The translations under genes and the position numbers were made by a program. DNA of 64,000 nt from Candidatus Parvarchaeota archaeon (lineage in GTDB: Archaea > Nanobdellota > Nanobdellia > JAFCGN01). The notes under the pieces were generated by a model that worked only from the letters and a program-made list of their open reading frames with translations, made no database searches and had not been told where the DNA came from. Shown here in pieces: positions 1 to 10,155 of this stretch. How positions within the stretch are numbered: position 1 is the stretch's first letter; the number at the start of each line of letters is the position of its first letter. The stretch spans positions 116,151 to 180,150 of the forward strand of contig JAFCGN010000002.1 of assembly GCA_017608045.1 (NCBI GenBank). The letters are read 5' to 3'.

Positions 1-504
1 CTTATAACTATTAGTTTTGTTAAAAGTTTATTTGATTATGGTGTTTTTGCAAGCATGACTGCTGTTTTTGGAATTATTGCTTCTTTGTTATTAGGGAGGT
101 GGTCTGATAAGATAAGGAACAGGGTTGTTTTTGCCAAATTTTCCTTGATTATTACTGGTGTCTTAACTTTTTTAAGCTCTTTTAGCACTAATTATACAGC
201 ATGGATTATATCAAGAAGTTTTTATGGCTTCTTTATTGGTGTTGCATTTCCTTTTGTTTTTACCATTGTGGGTGATTGCATTGAAAATAAAGAAGATGGG
301 ATGGTCGCAAGAAATCTTTTAATGAATTTTGGTGCGGTTATTGGAAGTATTATTTCTTTGCTGATTTTTTATTTAACAAATAATTTAATGAATATTGTTG
401 TTGTCAGTTCTTTTATGCTTTTCTTAATGGCTTTTTTGGTTCAAAAGAACTCCAAACATTATGCTCTTGTTTTGAAAAAGCCAGAAAAAGAAATTATAAA
501 ATAA
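1..504 (+). CDS. Multi-pass membrane protein, C-terminal part; the frame is open back to the window start, so the gene is 5' partial (possibly a transporter)
   Basis: Frame of ORF 55..504 has no stop back to nt 1. Several hydrophobic helices (GIIASLLLG, IITGVLTFLSSF, FIGVAFPFVFTIVG, VIGSIISLLIFYL). Confidence 0.4.
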   Translation, partial: LITISFVKSLFDYGVFASMTAVFGIIASLLLGRWSDKIRNRVVFAKFSLIITGVLTFLSSFSTNYTAWIISRSFYGFFIGVAFPFVFTIVGDCIENKEDGMVARNLLMNFGAVIGSIISLLIFYLTNNLMNIVVVSSFMLFLMAFLVQKNSKHYALVLKKPEKEIIK

Positions 505-558
505 AGAAACGAAAATATTATTTTTTTGTTAATTAGAAACAAAATAATTCTATTAAAA

Positions 559-3066
559 TTAAAACAATTTAAGAAATTTTTCAGCTGTTTTTGTTAATTG
601 CTTTAAAGGAACTTTCCAATGCTGGGATACTTCAAATAATTTGTTTTCCACTTTTTGAATTTCTTCAATTGTTTTAAGCGGTTTTAAGGTTTCTGATTCT
701 TCTTTGATAAATTCTGCTTCTTTGCCTTTTCTTTTCTTTTTCCATTTTTCAAATAATTCTTTTGATTTTTCAGGCAAGTTATCTATTTTACATCCTAATA
801 ACTCGCAAAGTTTGTTTGCTTTTTTGACTAATTCATCTGAGAATTCTTTAACCCTTTTTCCTGCTATTAATTCAATTCTTACAACACTATCACTTATTTT
901 ACTTGAACCTATTATTTTTATTATTTCCGCGTCTTTTGTATTATCAAGATGCGTGCCACCGCATGCTTCAACATCCCAGTTCGGGATTTCCACAATTCTT
1001 ATCATTTTTCCAGGCACTGCTCCTCCTTGGTATATTGTGAATCCGTATTTTGCTTCAGCTTCATTTCTTGGAAGAACGAACTTGTTTATGCGTATTTTTT
1101 CTTTTATTATTTTGTTTGCTAAAGTTTCTATTTCAATTATTTCTTTTCTATTCAAGGATTTATAATGCGTGATGTCTAATCTTGCTTTTTCAACTGTTTT
1201 TTCAGCACCTGCCTGCCATACGTGTTTTCCAAGAACTTTTTTTGCAGCACCATTGATTATATGCACGCTTGTATGATGTTGTGTTAGTTGTTTCCTTCTT
1301 TGAATATCTACTTTTCCAATAACTTCTTCATTTTTTTCAGAATTAAATTCTCCTTCAATTTCATGAATGAAATGATTGCCTTGTTTGAATACTCTTACAA
1401 CCTTGAATTCTTTTCCATTTTTGATTAAAATGCCTTTATCACTATCCTGTCCGCCGCTTTTGCCATAAAATAAGGTTTTATTAAGAATAACATATTTCTT
1501 GTTTATCACTTTAAGAACTTTTGCTGTAAATTCAAGGTTTTCAAATGGTTTTTTGTCATAAAATAAGATTTCTGTTTCAGGAATGTCTCTTAAATCAAAT
1601 TCTTCTCTTTTTTTTATAATCTGTTTTTTTTCATGCAATGAAGTTATTTTTTGATAAAAATTAGTTGTTTTTGGTATCTTAACACCATTATTTTTTAAAA
1701 TCTCAGGACTTATTCCATGAGAGTCATATAAAATAATGAGGTCTTTTAATTCCAATTTCTTGTTTGCATATTTTTTAATTATTTTTTTGAATTTTTTTCT
1801 TGTTGCAATGTATTTTTCAATTTCATTTTTTAATATTTCTTTAACATCACTTGTTTTATCTTTAATTTCTGGGAATAGTTTTGCTGTTTCCTTTGTTTGC
1901 CATTCAATAATTTTTAGGAAGTCTAAATCAATTTTGTTTTTTCTTATAAAATCAAAAGCTCTTCTGAAAATAACTCTTAAGTTATAACCCCCCCCGCTAT
2001 TTGAAGGAAGAGTGCCGTCACCGATTGATATTATAAGACTTCTTGAATGTTCAGCAATACTATAAATAGCTTTTATTTTTTCAACTGCTTTTTTTAATTC
2101 ATTAACATCTACAGAAATTTTTTTAGAAATTTTTTTCCACGTTTTTTCTACATCTCTTGCTTCATCAATATTTAAAGAACCTGCTAAAAGAAAATAACGA
2201 TTTAAAACTTCGTTTTCTTTAAAATCAAATTCTTTTTTTAATTTGCTAATAGTATATGGAAAAACTGCATCATATGCAGTATTCGTGCCTTGCGTGAACC
2301 ATGGTATTCTTTCTAAACCCATTCCCATGTCTAAAACTTTTAAATTAAGATTTTCATACCCTTTGTCTGTTTGTTTGAATTGCATGTATACTTGATTTGC
2401 TAATTCAAGACCATGACTGAAGATTTCAATGCTTGGGCCAAAATTTCCACTTCCCGCCCATACATCTTCATGAAATTTTAAGTTTTCAAAATTAATGCCA
2501 ATACTTTTATTAAACCATGAAGAAAGATGGTCTAAGTATTCAGAAGGAGAGTAGTTTCTTGGTTTTTCAAATCTATGCTGACCAACCATGACAAAGCCTG
2601 TAAAATGTTTTCCTGTTACACCCACATTTTCAATGTCATTAAATCTTAAACAAAACTGAGGAACAATAAGTGGATTAGCAGGGGGTTCGCTAATTCCTTG
2701 TACTACAAATGGAATAAAATCATCAATACTTGCTTGTACAAAATATAAATCCTTTCTCCATCTTGCATTTACAGGATAACGTTTAATTTCTGCATACCCT
2801 AATTTTTTAAAATAATTGCTGAAATCTTTCCAAGCACTAACATATGTTAATTGTTTTTTACTTATTCTTTTGTTAATGAAGGAATATTTTTCTTCACAAT
2901 CGCCGCAAAATTCTTCATTTTTAATACTCCAAAAATATCGCCCGCATTTTTTACATTTTTTTCTTGTTAATCCATTCTTTTTAAAAAAATTAATAGGATA
3001 ATATTTTTCAGCATTTTTTGTAAAAATGTTTCCATATTTTTTTTTTAATTCTTTATCACTAAGCAT
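559..3066 (-). CDS. alaS: Alanyl-tRNA synthetase, archaeal type
   Basis: 835 aa. N-terminal Cys-rich zinc motif (CKKCGRYF...CGDC), class II core. C-terminal editing and C-Ala region with HHTSVH...H and CGGTH motifs. Confidence 0.88.
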   Translation of the reverse strand: MLSDKELKKKYGNIFTKNAEKYYPINFFKKNGLTRKKCKKCGRYFWSIKNEEFCGDCEEKYSFINKRISKKQLTYVSAWKDFSNYFKKLGYAEIKRYPVNARWRKDLYFVQASIDDFIPFVVQGISEPPANPLIVPQFCLRFNDIENVGVTGKHFTGFVMVGQHRFEKPRNYSPSEYLDHLSSWFNKSIGINFENLKFHEDVWAGSGNFGPSIEIFSHGLELANQVYMQFKQTDKGYENLNLKVLDMGMGLERIPWFTQGTNTAYDAVFPYTISKLKKEFDFKENEVLNRYFLLAGSLNIDEARDVEKTWKKISKKISVDVNELKKAVEKIKAIYSIAEHSRSLIISIGDGTLPSNSGGGYNLRVIFRRAFDFIRKNKIDLDFLKIIEWQTKETAKLFPEIKDKTSDVKEILKNEIEKYIATRKKFKKIIKKYANKKLELKDLIILYDSHGISPEILKNNGVKIPKTTNFYQKITSLHEKKQIIKKREEFDLRDIPETEILFYDKKPFENLEFTAKVLKVINKKYVILNKTLFYGKSGGQDSDKGILIKNGKEFKVVRVFKQGNHFIHEIEGEFNSEKNEEVIGKVDIQRRKQLTQHHTSVHIINGAAKKVLGKHVWQAGAEKTVEKARLDITHYKSLNRKEIIEIETLANKIIKEKIRINKFVLPRNEAEAKYGFTIYQGGAVPGKMIRIVEIPNWDVEACGGTHLDNTKDAEIIKIIGSSKISDSVVRIELIAGKRVKEFSDELVKKANKLCELLGCKIDNLPEKSKELFEKWKKKRKGKEAEFIKEESETLKPLKTIEEIQKVENKLFEVSQHWKVPLKQLTKTAEKFLKLF

Positions 3067-3158
3067 ATAGTGAGATATAAAAATAATTTATTTTAAAAAT
3101 ATTGTGAATCAATATAAAAAAAACATATTTAAAGAAGCTACGTTTATTATTAAATCAG

Positions 3159-3626
3159 GTGATTATAATTATGACAAAAAAAGCACAAGCAGCACTTGAA
3201 TACTTAATGACCTATGGTTGGGCAATATTGATTATAGCAATAATTGCAGGAGCACTTTATTATATGAATGTTTTCAGTAGTAGTTGTGATTCTCCAATTT
3301 CAACAGGATTTTCAGGTGTGGAAATTTTAAGCAATGATTTTGCCTTTACTTCAGAAGGTGATCTTGAGATTATACTGACAAATGCTGCAGCGGAAACAGT
3401 GCATATTCTAAATGTTACTGTTCAAAACGGAACATCTACAGATGTAGCAAATACAACAGCACTAACTCTTGACGCAGGAACTACAATAACATATACTTTT
3501 TCAGGATTAACAAGTCCTGGAAGTAAAGGAAGTTGTTATACAGAAGATGTTGCAATCTATTATACAAGAGGAGACTTAAGCACAATTTTCAAGAGCACAG
3601 GTTCATTAAGGCACGCAGTGCAGTAA
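3159..3626 (+). CDS. Archaeal type IV pilin-like protein (class III signal peptide)
   Basis: N-terminus MTKKAQAALEYLMTYGWAILIIAIIAGALYY is a classic archaeal prepilin signal (KK-AQAALEYL, then a hydrophobic helix). Small Thr/Asn-rich mature domain with N-x-S/T sequons. Confidence 0.75.
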   Translation: MIIIMTKKAQAALEYLMTYGWAILIIAIIAGALYYMNVFSSSCDSPISTGFSGVEILSNDFAFTSEGDLEIILTNAAAETVHILNVTVQNGTSTDVANTTALTLDAGTTITYTFSGLTSPGSKGSCYTEDVAIYYTRGDLSTIFKSTGSLRHAVQ

Positions 3627-3706
3627 AAAACCATTCTTTTTTTATTTTTTTTAAATAATTTGGTTAATTAGAAATGTTATTATTTCCAAATTAATTAAAC
3701 TACAAT

Positions 3707-4117
3707 ATGAAAAATAAAAACTCTCAAGTTGCTGTTGAATATTTGATTATGTTAGGCATAGTGCTTCTTGTATTTTCAGTTATGTGGGGTAGAGTAAGTC
3801 AGGTTGCCCAATTAACAAGAATAAATGTTCGCATAAGTAATGCAGAAACTTATCTTGAAAAATTGAAAACAAACATAGATTTAGTTAATTTTTATGGTGA
3901 GCCAACTAAAATAGAAATGATTGCTTATGTTCCTGATGGTATATCTTTTGTTAATCTCTCAAATAATGAAATAATTTTGGGTGTTGAAACAACAGCAGGA
4001 CAAACAATTATGGGTGTAAAAACAAGAGCCAATTTAAGTGGTATCCTGCCGTATAAGAGAGGGACTTACAGGGTTTTAATAAAAGCAGTTGGAGACGAAG
4101 TAAATTTAAGTTATTAA
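3707..4117 (+). CDS. Pilin-like protein (class III signal peptide)
   Basis: MKNKNSQVAVEYLIMLGIVLLVFSVMW: charged tip, Q-x-A-x-E-Y-L, hydrophobic helix. Second gene in the pilin run. Confidence 0.6.
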   Translation: MKNKNSQVAVEYLIMLGIVLLVFSVMWGRVSQVAQLTRINVRISNAETYLEKLKTNIDLVNFYGEPTKIEMIAYVPDGISFVNLSNNEIILGVETTAGQTIMGVKTRANLSGILPYKRGTYRVLIKAVGDEVNLSY

Positions 4118-4530
4118 TGGCGGGGGTTATAATGAAAAATAAAAAATCACAATCAACGATTGAGTTTATTGGTGTTTTTTCAATATTTTTAATTTTAACA
4201 AGTACTTTTTATTTGCTTTTTATAAATTATTCAAATAACATAATTAAAAAAAGAGCATATTTTCAAACAGAAAATTTATTAGAACTAATCTCTTCAAAAA
4301 TAAATACTGTTGTTTTAGAAGGAGATGGGTATAAAACAATATTGGATGTTCCGCATAAACTTCTTGGTTCTGATTATAATATTACAATTGAAGGAAATGT
4401 TCTTGTTTTAACACTTGACAAATACGGCATTTCTTTAACAAAAGAATTCCTGCCTGTAAATATTTCTGGAAAACTTAAGAAAGGAACCAATAATCTTAAA
4501 AATTTTAAAGGAGGAGTTGTGATTGAATAA
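4117..4530 (+). CDS. Pilin-like protein (class III signal peptide)
   Basis: MKNKKSQSTIEFIGVFSIFLILTSTFYLLF. Start overlaps the previous stop (TAATG). Confidence 0.5.
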   Translation: MAGVIMKNKKSQSTIEFIGVFSIFLILTSTFYLLFINYSNNIIKKRAYFQTENLLELISSKINTVVLEGDGYKTILDVPHKLLGSDYNITIEGNVLVLTLDKYGISLTKEFLPVNISGKLKKGTNNLKNFKGGVVIE

Positions 4531-5023
4531 AAAATCTCAATTGTTTAGCATTGATGTTGGAATAACATTTTTGGTTTTTGTAGGTTTTATTGTTATTTTT
4601 GTTAATTTATGGAATCAAAATGTTAGACAATTAGATGAAAGTTTGTTAAAACAGAATCTTCAAGAAAAAATTTCGTTTTATTCAGATTATCTTGTAAGAA
4701 CGAAAGGGTATCCTGAGGATTGGAATGCATCTAATGTTTTGCTCATTGGTTTTGCAGGAGATGAAGAAAACATTCTTTTAATTTCAAAAATAGAAAAATT
4801 TATGACACTCAATTATACTTTTGCGAGAAGTAAGATGAATTTAAATGGAAAAGAATTTTACTTAAAAATTATTGATGTTATAAACAACAAAACACTTTAT
4901 TCTTATGGAAACTTGAGTTATCAGAGTGCAACAAATTTAATTCAGATTACACGTTTTTGTCTTGTAAATGACAGTACAAAGTTGATTCCTTCAAAACTTT
5001 TGTTAGGGGTGTGGCAAGATTAG
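4523..5023 (+). CDS. Pilin-like protein (class III signal peptide); TTG start overlapping the upstream gene
   Basis: MNKKSQLFSIDVGITFLVFVGFIVIFVNLW: N-terminal KK plus hydrophobic helix. Confidence 0.5.
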   Translation: MNKKSQLFSIDVGITFLVFVGFIVIFVNLWNQNVRQLDESLLKQNLQEKISFYSDYLVRTKGYPEDWNASNVLLIGFAGDEENILLISKIEKFMTLNYTFARSKMNLNGKEFYLKIIDVINNKTLYSYGNLSYQSATNLIQITRFCLVNDSTKLIPSKLLLGVWQD

Positions 5024-5033
5024 AAAAACATTT

Positions 5034-6917
5034 TTGCATAAAAAAGCATTTATTTTTAGTTTAGAACTCCTTGTTGCTTTAAGCATAATTTTTTCTTCAA
5101 TTTATCTTTTAACAACTACAATTCCTTTTTTTGAAGATTCTTTAATAAAAGAAGAAAATCTAAATGTTATGGGGCAAGACTTGATGCAATTTATTACAAA
5201 AACAAGGATAAGTGATTTGCAAGACTTACAATTAGTTCAAGATTATCTCAATCTTGGTTTGATTGAATATAAGGATATAAATGCTTCGTTTGTTGATGTT
5301 ATAGGCACTTTTATGATACAAAACAAGTTTGATTATGCCAAGAATTTAACAGAAGAGGTTTTCGAAAAACTTATTCCAGATAATGTTGGTTATCAAGTTT
5401 ATTTTGATAATGTTTCAATAGCAAACAAGACAATAAGCAATCCTTCTTCAGAATTGACTTTAAAAACATTGTTAAGCGGGTATGCCTTAAATCGTTCTCT
5501 TGAAGGATATATTGCTCGCGCGTGGCTCAATCTTGCGTCATTCAATGAAACAAAAATAATAAGCATTTCTCCAATTGGAAGCGGGTTCAAAAATAATACT
5601 TGTGTTAAATGGTTATGGTGGTGGTGTACAAAAACTGTTGAAGGAGGTAATTTGACTATAGTGAAGAGTTTTGATATTCCTGCGGATATAGAAACTGTTG
5701 TTAATGCTGAACTAATGCTTTCAATTCATGAAGAAGGCGGAAGAGTCTGGATTTATGTGAATGATGTTCTTCAACACGAAGAATACTATGACGACAAAGT
5801 TTATGAAAGAATTCCAATACACAATGTAACTTCTGGGACTAATGTAATTAAAATTATTCAAGAGATGCCATCAAACTATCATGCGCACACACATCCCGGG
5901 TTTTTGTTGAAAGTGGATTATGTGAGAGTAAGAAGGTTAGGTTATAAAGAAAACAAGACAGTTGTTATTGATAAAAGATTTCCCGAGATAATTGCTTCTC
6001 CATCAGTTTGGGAAACTTTTTCTTTTGATATACCAAGAGGGGATAACATAACTAATGCCACTCTTCATTTAGAAGTTTTAAATGTTGATGATTGGGGGGA
6101 AATATGGGTGAATGATAATCAGGTTTGGGTAAATTCATCAGCACAAGGAAATATGACAATTGATTTGGATATACTTCCTTATGTGAATCACGAAAATAAT
6201 GTTTCAACAGGGGAGACGAATGTCATTGCCCCTTATTTTGATATAGAATCTCAAAATGATTACCCAACAGAAAATGCAAGAGGAAATATTATAATTTCAA
6301 ATAATTCATTTGTGCATCTTGAATATCAAAAACCTGAAACAATTCAAAAGTATGGACTCATACCCATTACGCATTCTTTTGAATTTGGGGGAACAGCAGA
6401 GAATGACAAGAGCGTGGAGTTTCCATTAAGTTATCATGAATTAATTAATGCATATGTGCATTTAGCCCAAATTTATAGTTGGAAAGTGGCGTTAGCTGCA
6501 TGGAATGAAAATCAAACTGCTCCAGTTTGGGATAATACATTAAAAGAATGGGTTCCTGAGGAAATGCAGTTTTTTAAATCATCTACTGGAAGAAATGTTC
6601 CTTCTTCTATATACATTCCAATAGACATGCTTGTTAAAAATTCAACAAATTATGTTGAGGCAAGAGATTTTGGAGGAACAGGAAACAAAATATTACCAGA
6701 AAGCACTATTGAATACACTTATTTAGCGCCAGCCCAAGTTGGTTACGCTGATGTTTATGAAACAGAAATACAAGCAATAAATGATGCTATAAATAGACTT
6801 CAAGAGTTAGTTGCTCCATATAACATTACAGGAGAAGTTAATTATTCTGTGTCCTCTGTAACAAATGTAAGATGGCTGTGGGGTCCTGCAGAGGTTAAGG
6901 TGGTGCTTTCAAGATGA
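5034..6917 (+). CDS. Large pilin-like surface protein or adhesin (class III signal-like N-terminus with ~600-aa sequon-rich ectodomain)
   Basis: HKKAFIFSLELLVALSIIFSSIYLL at the N-terminus. Very many N-x-S/T sequons (NAS, NLT, NVS, NKT, NVT, NIT, NAT, NSS, NMT...). TTG start. Confidence 0.5.
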   Translation: MHKKAFIFSLELLVALSIIFSSIYLLTTTIPFFEDSLIKEENLNVMGQDLMQFITKTRISDLQDLQLVQDYLNLGLIEYKDINASFVDVIGTFMIQNKFDYAKNLTEEVFEKLIPDNVGYQVYFDNVSIANKTISNPSSELTLKTLLSGYALNRSLEGYIARAWLNLASFNETKIISISPIGSGFKNNTCVKWLWWWCTKTVEGGNLTIVKSFDIPADIETVVNAELMLSIHEEGGRVWIYVNDVLQHEEYYDDKVYERIPIHNVTSGTNVIKIIQEMPSNYHAHTHPGFLLKVDYVRVRRLGYKENKTVVIDKRFPEIIASPSVWETFSFDIPRGDNITNATLHLEVLNVDDWGEIWVNDNQVWVNSSAQGNMTIDLDILPYVNHENNVSTGETNVIAPYFDIESQNDYPTENARGNIIISNNSFVHLEYQKPETIQKYGLIPITHSFEFGGTAENDKSVEFPLSYHELINAYVHLAQIYSWKVALAAWNENQTAPVWDNTLKEWVPEEMQFFKSSTGRNVPSSIYIPIDMLVKNSTNYVEARDFGGTGNKILPESTIEYTYLAPAQVGYADVYETEIQAINDAINRLQELVAPYNITGEVNYSVSSVTNVRWLWGPAEVKVVLSR

Positions 6918-8167
6918 ACAGAAGAATAAATAAGAAATCTTTTATGTACAGTGTTATTTCAGTTGCACTCATATTCTTGGTTGTTAATTTAGTTTTGATT
7001 GAAACAGAGTTTTCAAAAAATTCTTTTGAACCAAGAAGAACAAAACTTCTTGGCGATCAAATACACCGTTTTGAGCTTAATGTTGAAAAAGACCTTGAAA
7101 AAAGCGTGGATGTTGTTGCAAGAAGAGCTATTGTTAGTGTTATTGATTATTCAATAAATGGAGAACACTCTATTGATAACGCCACGCTTGCTCTTAAAGA
7201 ATTAATGATGAATGGCACAGTGAATGGCGAGCCAATGTTTTTATTGGAAAACAATACTTTAAATTTTTGGTCTCAAAAAATTGATAATCTTGGGAAAAAA
7301 ATGGGGTTTGATTCAAAGTTGAATTATACTGGGATTGAAATCAAGCTCGTTGATTCTTTTGATTTAGCGTTTATTGTAAATTCAACTATAAAAATTACAG
7401 ATGAATTAACAAATTCATCTCAAACAAGAAATGTAAGCACAACTGTTGTTGTGCCTTTAGATGGTTTTGAAGATCCTCTTTATCCTATGAATTCTTTTGG
7501 AAGATTGAGAAAACTTATTTCTCCTTCTCCATATTTAACTTATACTTCAAAAATAGCAAATAGTTCTCAAATACAAGGAAGTATTAGGGGGACAACAATA
7601 ATTGTTCCTTCAAACAATTTAACTGAAATTCAGAATATAAATTCAAAGATTACAAAGATACTCATTGTTCCTGATGCTTCTTTAATTAATGATTCTTTAT
7701 TGAATCAATTTAAAGGATTTATTTCAGAAACAAGTTTTTCTACAACAAGCACAGCAGCGTATATGCTCGGTGTTAAAAATGCTACAAAGATTATCCCAAA
7801 CAATACTGCGCTTGTTATTGACGAAGAAACAGAAACGCTTTGGAACTTAAATAATTTTGATAATCTTATAACAAATAATTATTATGTTGAATCAACAAGA
7901 GGACCAAGTTTTCTTGATAGGATTGAAGGACGTTTATATAATACAAGAGAATATGGTTTAGCAAGCATGGTTAATTTAGTTGAATTTGAAAATGCATATA
8001 TAATTATTAATGACACGCGTTCCATAATTGATTATGAATATTTTAATGAAACAGGCCCTGTTGGAAAACAAGTTAGGGGTTCTTATTATGAGTGGTTGCG
8101 CGTAAGCAATAATCTTGATGGTAATGTTACTCAAACACAAAAATATGGTGTGGAGGAATTAGTATGA
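6914..8167 (+). CDS. Large pilin-like surface protein (class III signal-like N-terminus)
   Basis: MNRRINKKSFMYSVISVALIFLVVNLVLIE. Dense N-glycosylation sequons. Overlaps the upstream gene by 4 nt. Confidence 0.45.
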   Translation: MNRRINKKSFMYSVISVALIFLVVNLVLIETEFSKNSFEPRRTKLLGDQIHRFELNVEKDLEKSVDVVARRAIVSVIDYSINGEHSIDNATLALKELMMNGTVNGEPMFLLENNTLNFWSQKIDNLGKKMGFDSKLNYTGIEIKLVDSFDLAFIVNSTIKITDELTNSSQTRNVSTTVVVPLDGFEDPLYPMNSFGRLRKLISPSPYLTYTSKIANSSQIQGSIRGTTIIVPSNNLTEIQNINSKITKILIVPDASLINDSLLNQFKGFISETSFSTTSTAAYMLGVKNATKIIPNNTALVIDEETETLWNLNNFDNLITNNYYVESTRGPSFLDRIEGRLYNTREYGLASMVNLVEFENAYIIINDTRSIIDYEYFNETGPVGKQVRGSYYEWLRVSNNLDGNVTQTQKYGVEELV

Positions 8168-9669
8168 AAAAAATATTCCTTGTTGTTATATTATTATGTG
8201 CGTTCCTTTTAGCAAATGCAGAGAGCGAAGACGTTTACATTGTTGATGATTTTTCAGATATAAGTGATTGGAATTTAGCTGTTGATAATGGTGCAAATAT
8301 AAGCACAAGCAGTAATTTTGGAGGTAATACATTGCTTTTTAATAATCAAGAAAATTATGGTGATAACCTTCAAAAAATAACTGAAATATACAATCCTTTT
8401 CTTGATTACAATCAAATATTTTTTTATTTTTATAATTATGAACCTTATTCAGATTTGCTTTTAAGAATAACAGATAGGGACGGAGTTAAATCCTGCATAA
8501 GTTCAATATCCTATGGGTTTCCAACAAATAAATGGATTTTATATAATAGGTCTTTAAGATATTTTCAGGATTGTCTTGACAAAAATTTTAAGACAATAGG
8601 TAAAATTGAATTAATAATTAATAATTATCCGACAAAAGTGGAAATTACTCCAATTAAAATACTTTCAACTAATGCAACACTTATAAATAAGACGCAACAA
8701 CCTGGCAATATATCAATAAATAACATAGAAGTGAATCCAAGTATTGCTCCAAAAGGAAGAGGCATTTCAATAACTTCTACAATTAATGCAGATTCTTTTA
8801 TACATTATGTAATCCTAAATCTTTATTCTCTAAATTATTCTAAATCTTTTTTAATGGAAAGAATAATGGGGAATGATAGTTTGGCAGTGTATAGATATGT
8901 TTTCATTCCTCAGTCAGAAAATCCAACAGGAAATTACAATTTTACAATAAAGGCAATTGATTATGGAGGTAATGAATCTTTAACAAATTATTATAAATTT
9001 ATTGTGAATGATAGTTTAATTATTAATGCGTCTTATAATCATACTATTGGACCGGGTAAAACACTTGTTATAAAAGGCAATGTATTTGATTGCAATAATA
9101 TGACAACGAATGGTGTAATTACTTTAACAATAGATAATTTTACAGAAACAAAAGAGTTTATTAATGACTTTGCTTTTTTTTATGAACTTCCTTCTGAGGC
9201 TCCAATAAAAAAAATCAAATATTTTAATTTAACAGTAAAAGATAATAAGGGAAACAAAGGAGAAAATATTTTTCCATTTTTTGTTTCGCCTGAACTTGAA
9301 ATTTCTTCAACAGCAGTCCCGCCTGAAGGTTCTCCAGGAGATGAAATTCATATCAATGTGAATGTAAGTTATAAGAAAACAAAAGAACCTGTTTCAGGTT
9401 TAAATTTGACAATTAATAACAAAAATTCTTCTTTAAAAGAAAAAGAGCCTGGAGTTTATGAAGGAACAATGATTTTAACAGATGATGATATTGGTGTTTT
9501 AAAACCGAAAATATTGTATGAAAGTGCTGTTATTCAGGAATTAAATACGACTATTCTTGTAAAGAAAAAAACATTTTTAGATAGGAAAGAATTATTGTTA
9601 ATCTTTACTATTATTGTTTTTATTTTTTTTATATTTTTAACAATAAAAATTTTTAGAGAAAACCAATAA
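8164..9669 (+). CDS. Secreted, C-terminally membrane-anchored surface protein
   Basis: N-terminal Sec-type signal MKKIFLVVILLCAFLLANAESE. C-terminal hydrophobic anchor LLLIFTIIVFIFFIFLTIKIF followed by a basic tail. Sequon-rich. Confidence 0.45.
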   Translation: MKKIFLVVILLCAFLLANAESEDVYIVDDFSDISDWNLAVDNGANISTSSNFGGNTLLFNNQENYGDNLQKITEIYNPFLDYNQIFFYFYNYEPYSDLLLRITDRDGVKSCISSISYGFPTNKWILYNRSLRYFQDCLDKNFKTIGKIELIINNYPTKVEITPIKILSTNATLINKTQQPGNISINNIEVNPSIAPKGRGISITSTINADSFIHYVILNLYSLNYSKSFLMERIMGNDSLAVYRYVFIPQSENPTGNYNFTIKAIDYGGNESLTNYYKFIVNDSLIINASYNHTIGPGKTLVIKGNVFDCNNMTTNGVITLTIDNFTETKEFINDFAFFYELPSEAPIKKIKYFNLTVKDNKGNKGENIFPFFVSPELEISSTAVPPEGSPGDEIHINVNVSYKKTKEPVSGLNLTINNKNSSLKEKEPGVYEGTMILTDDDIGVLKPKILYESAVIQELNTTILVKKKTFLDRKELLLIFTIIVFIFFIFLTIKIFRENQ

Positions 9670-9702
9670 TTAATTAAATTCACACCACTTAATACTTTTA
9701 TA

Positions 9703-10155
9703 ATGATAGAAACAAAAATTGACAAGTTGCTTTCTTTAGTTAATAAAAGCAAAAAAATTTCTTTAAGCGATGCAGCTGAAAAGTTAGCTGTTAGTGAAGA
9801 GCAAATTGAAGAATGGGCAATTTCTTTATCAAAAGACAATATTGTAAAGCTTGTTTATCCAACTAATTTGTTTGAACAGCCATATTTGGAAAGTGTTAAC
9901 GAAATAAGAAAACCTAAAATAAAAAAAACGCGTAAAAAGAAAAAAAATGTTCAAATCAAGGATACAATAAAAAAGGTTGTTAAAAGAGAGGAAAAATATA
10001 GAAAAGCAAGAAAAAAAGTGCATTTCAAAGCAAAAAAAAGAAAACTTGTTTATTTATGGTTTTTCACATTTCTTTTGCTTATAATTTTGTTATTTTTTAT
10101 TTTTAAAGAAAAAATATTTTATTTTTTAAAAATTTTAATTCAAAAGGTGAGATGA
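9703..10155 (+). CDS. Membrane-tethered winged-helix protein (N-terminal wHTH, Lys-rich linker, C-terminal TM helix)
   Basis: N-terminus KIDKLLSLVNKSKKISLSDAAEKLAVSEEQIEEWAISLSKDNIVKL is wHTH-like. Lys-rich linker KPKIKKTRKKKKN...KAKKRK. C-terminal helix LVYLWFFTFLLLIILLFFIF. Stop abuts the ATPase start. Confidence 0.4.
   Translation: MIETKIDKLLSLVNKSKKISLSDAAEKLAVSEEQIEEWAISLSKDNIVKLVYPTNLFEQPYLESVNEIRKPKIKKTRKKKKNVQIKDTIKKVVKREEKYRKARKKVHFKAKKRKLVYLWFFTFLLLIILLFFIFKEKIFYFLKILIQKVR

Noticed and set aside
704-1165. Plus-strand 153-aa ORF inside alaS, and many similar antisense ORFs (for example 1736..1987, 33045..33505, 37291..37668, 61017..62424)
   Set aside because: Low-complexity Phe/Leu/Ser-rich translations lying entirely antisense to strongly supported genes. 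These are shadow ORFs of an AT-rich genome.
3067-3158. Explicit TATA/BRE promoter calls upstream of genes (for example the first pilin gene and ileS)
   Set aside because: Nearly all intergenic sequence is AT-rich, and TATA-like octamers occur everywhere. Motif calls would not be discriminating without transcript data.
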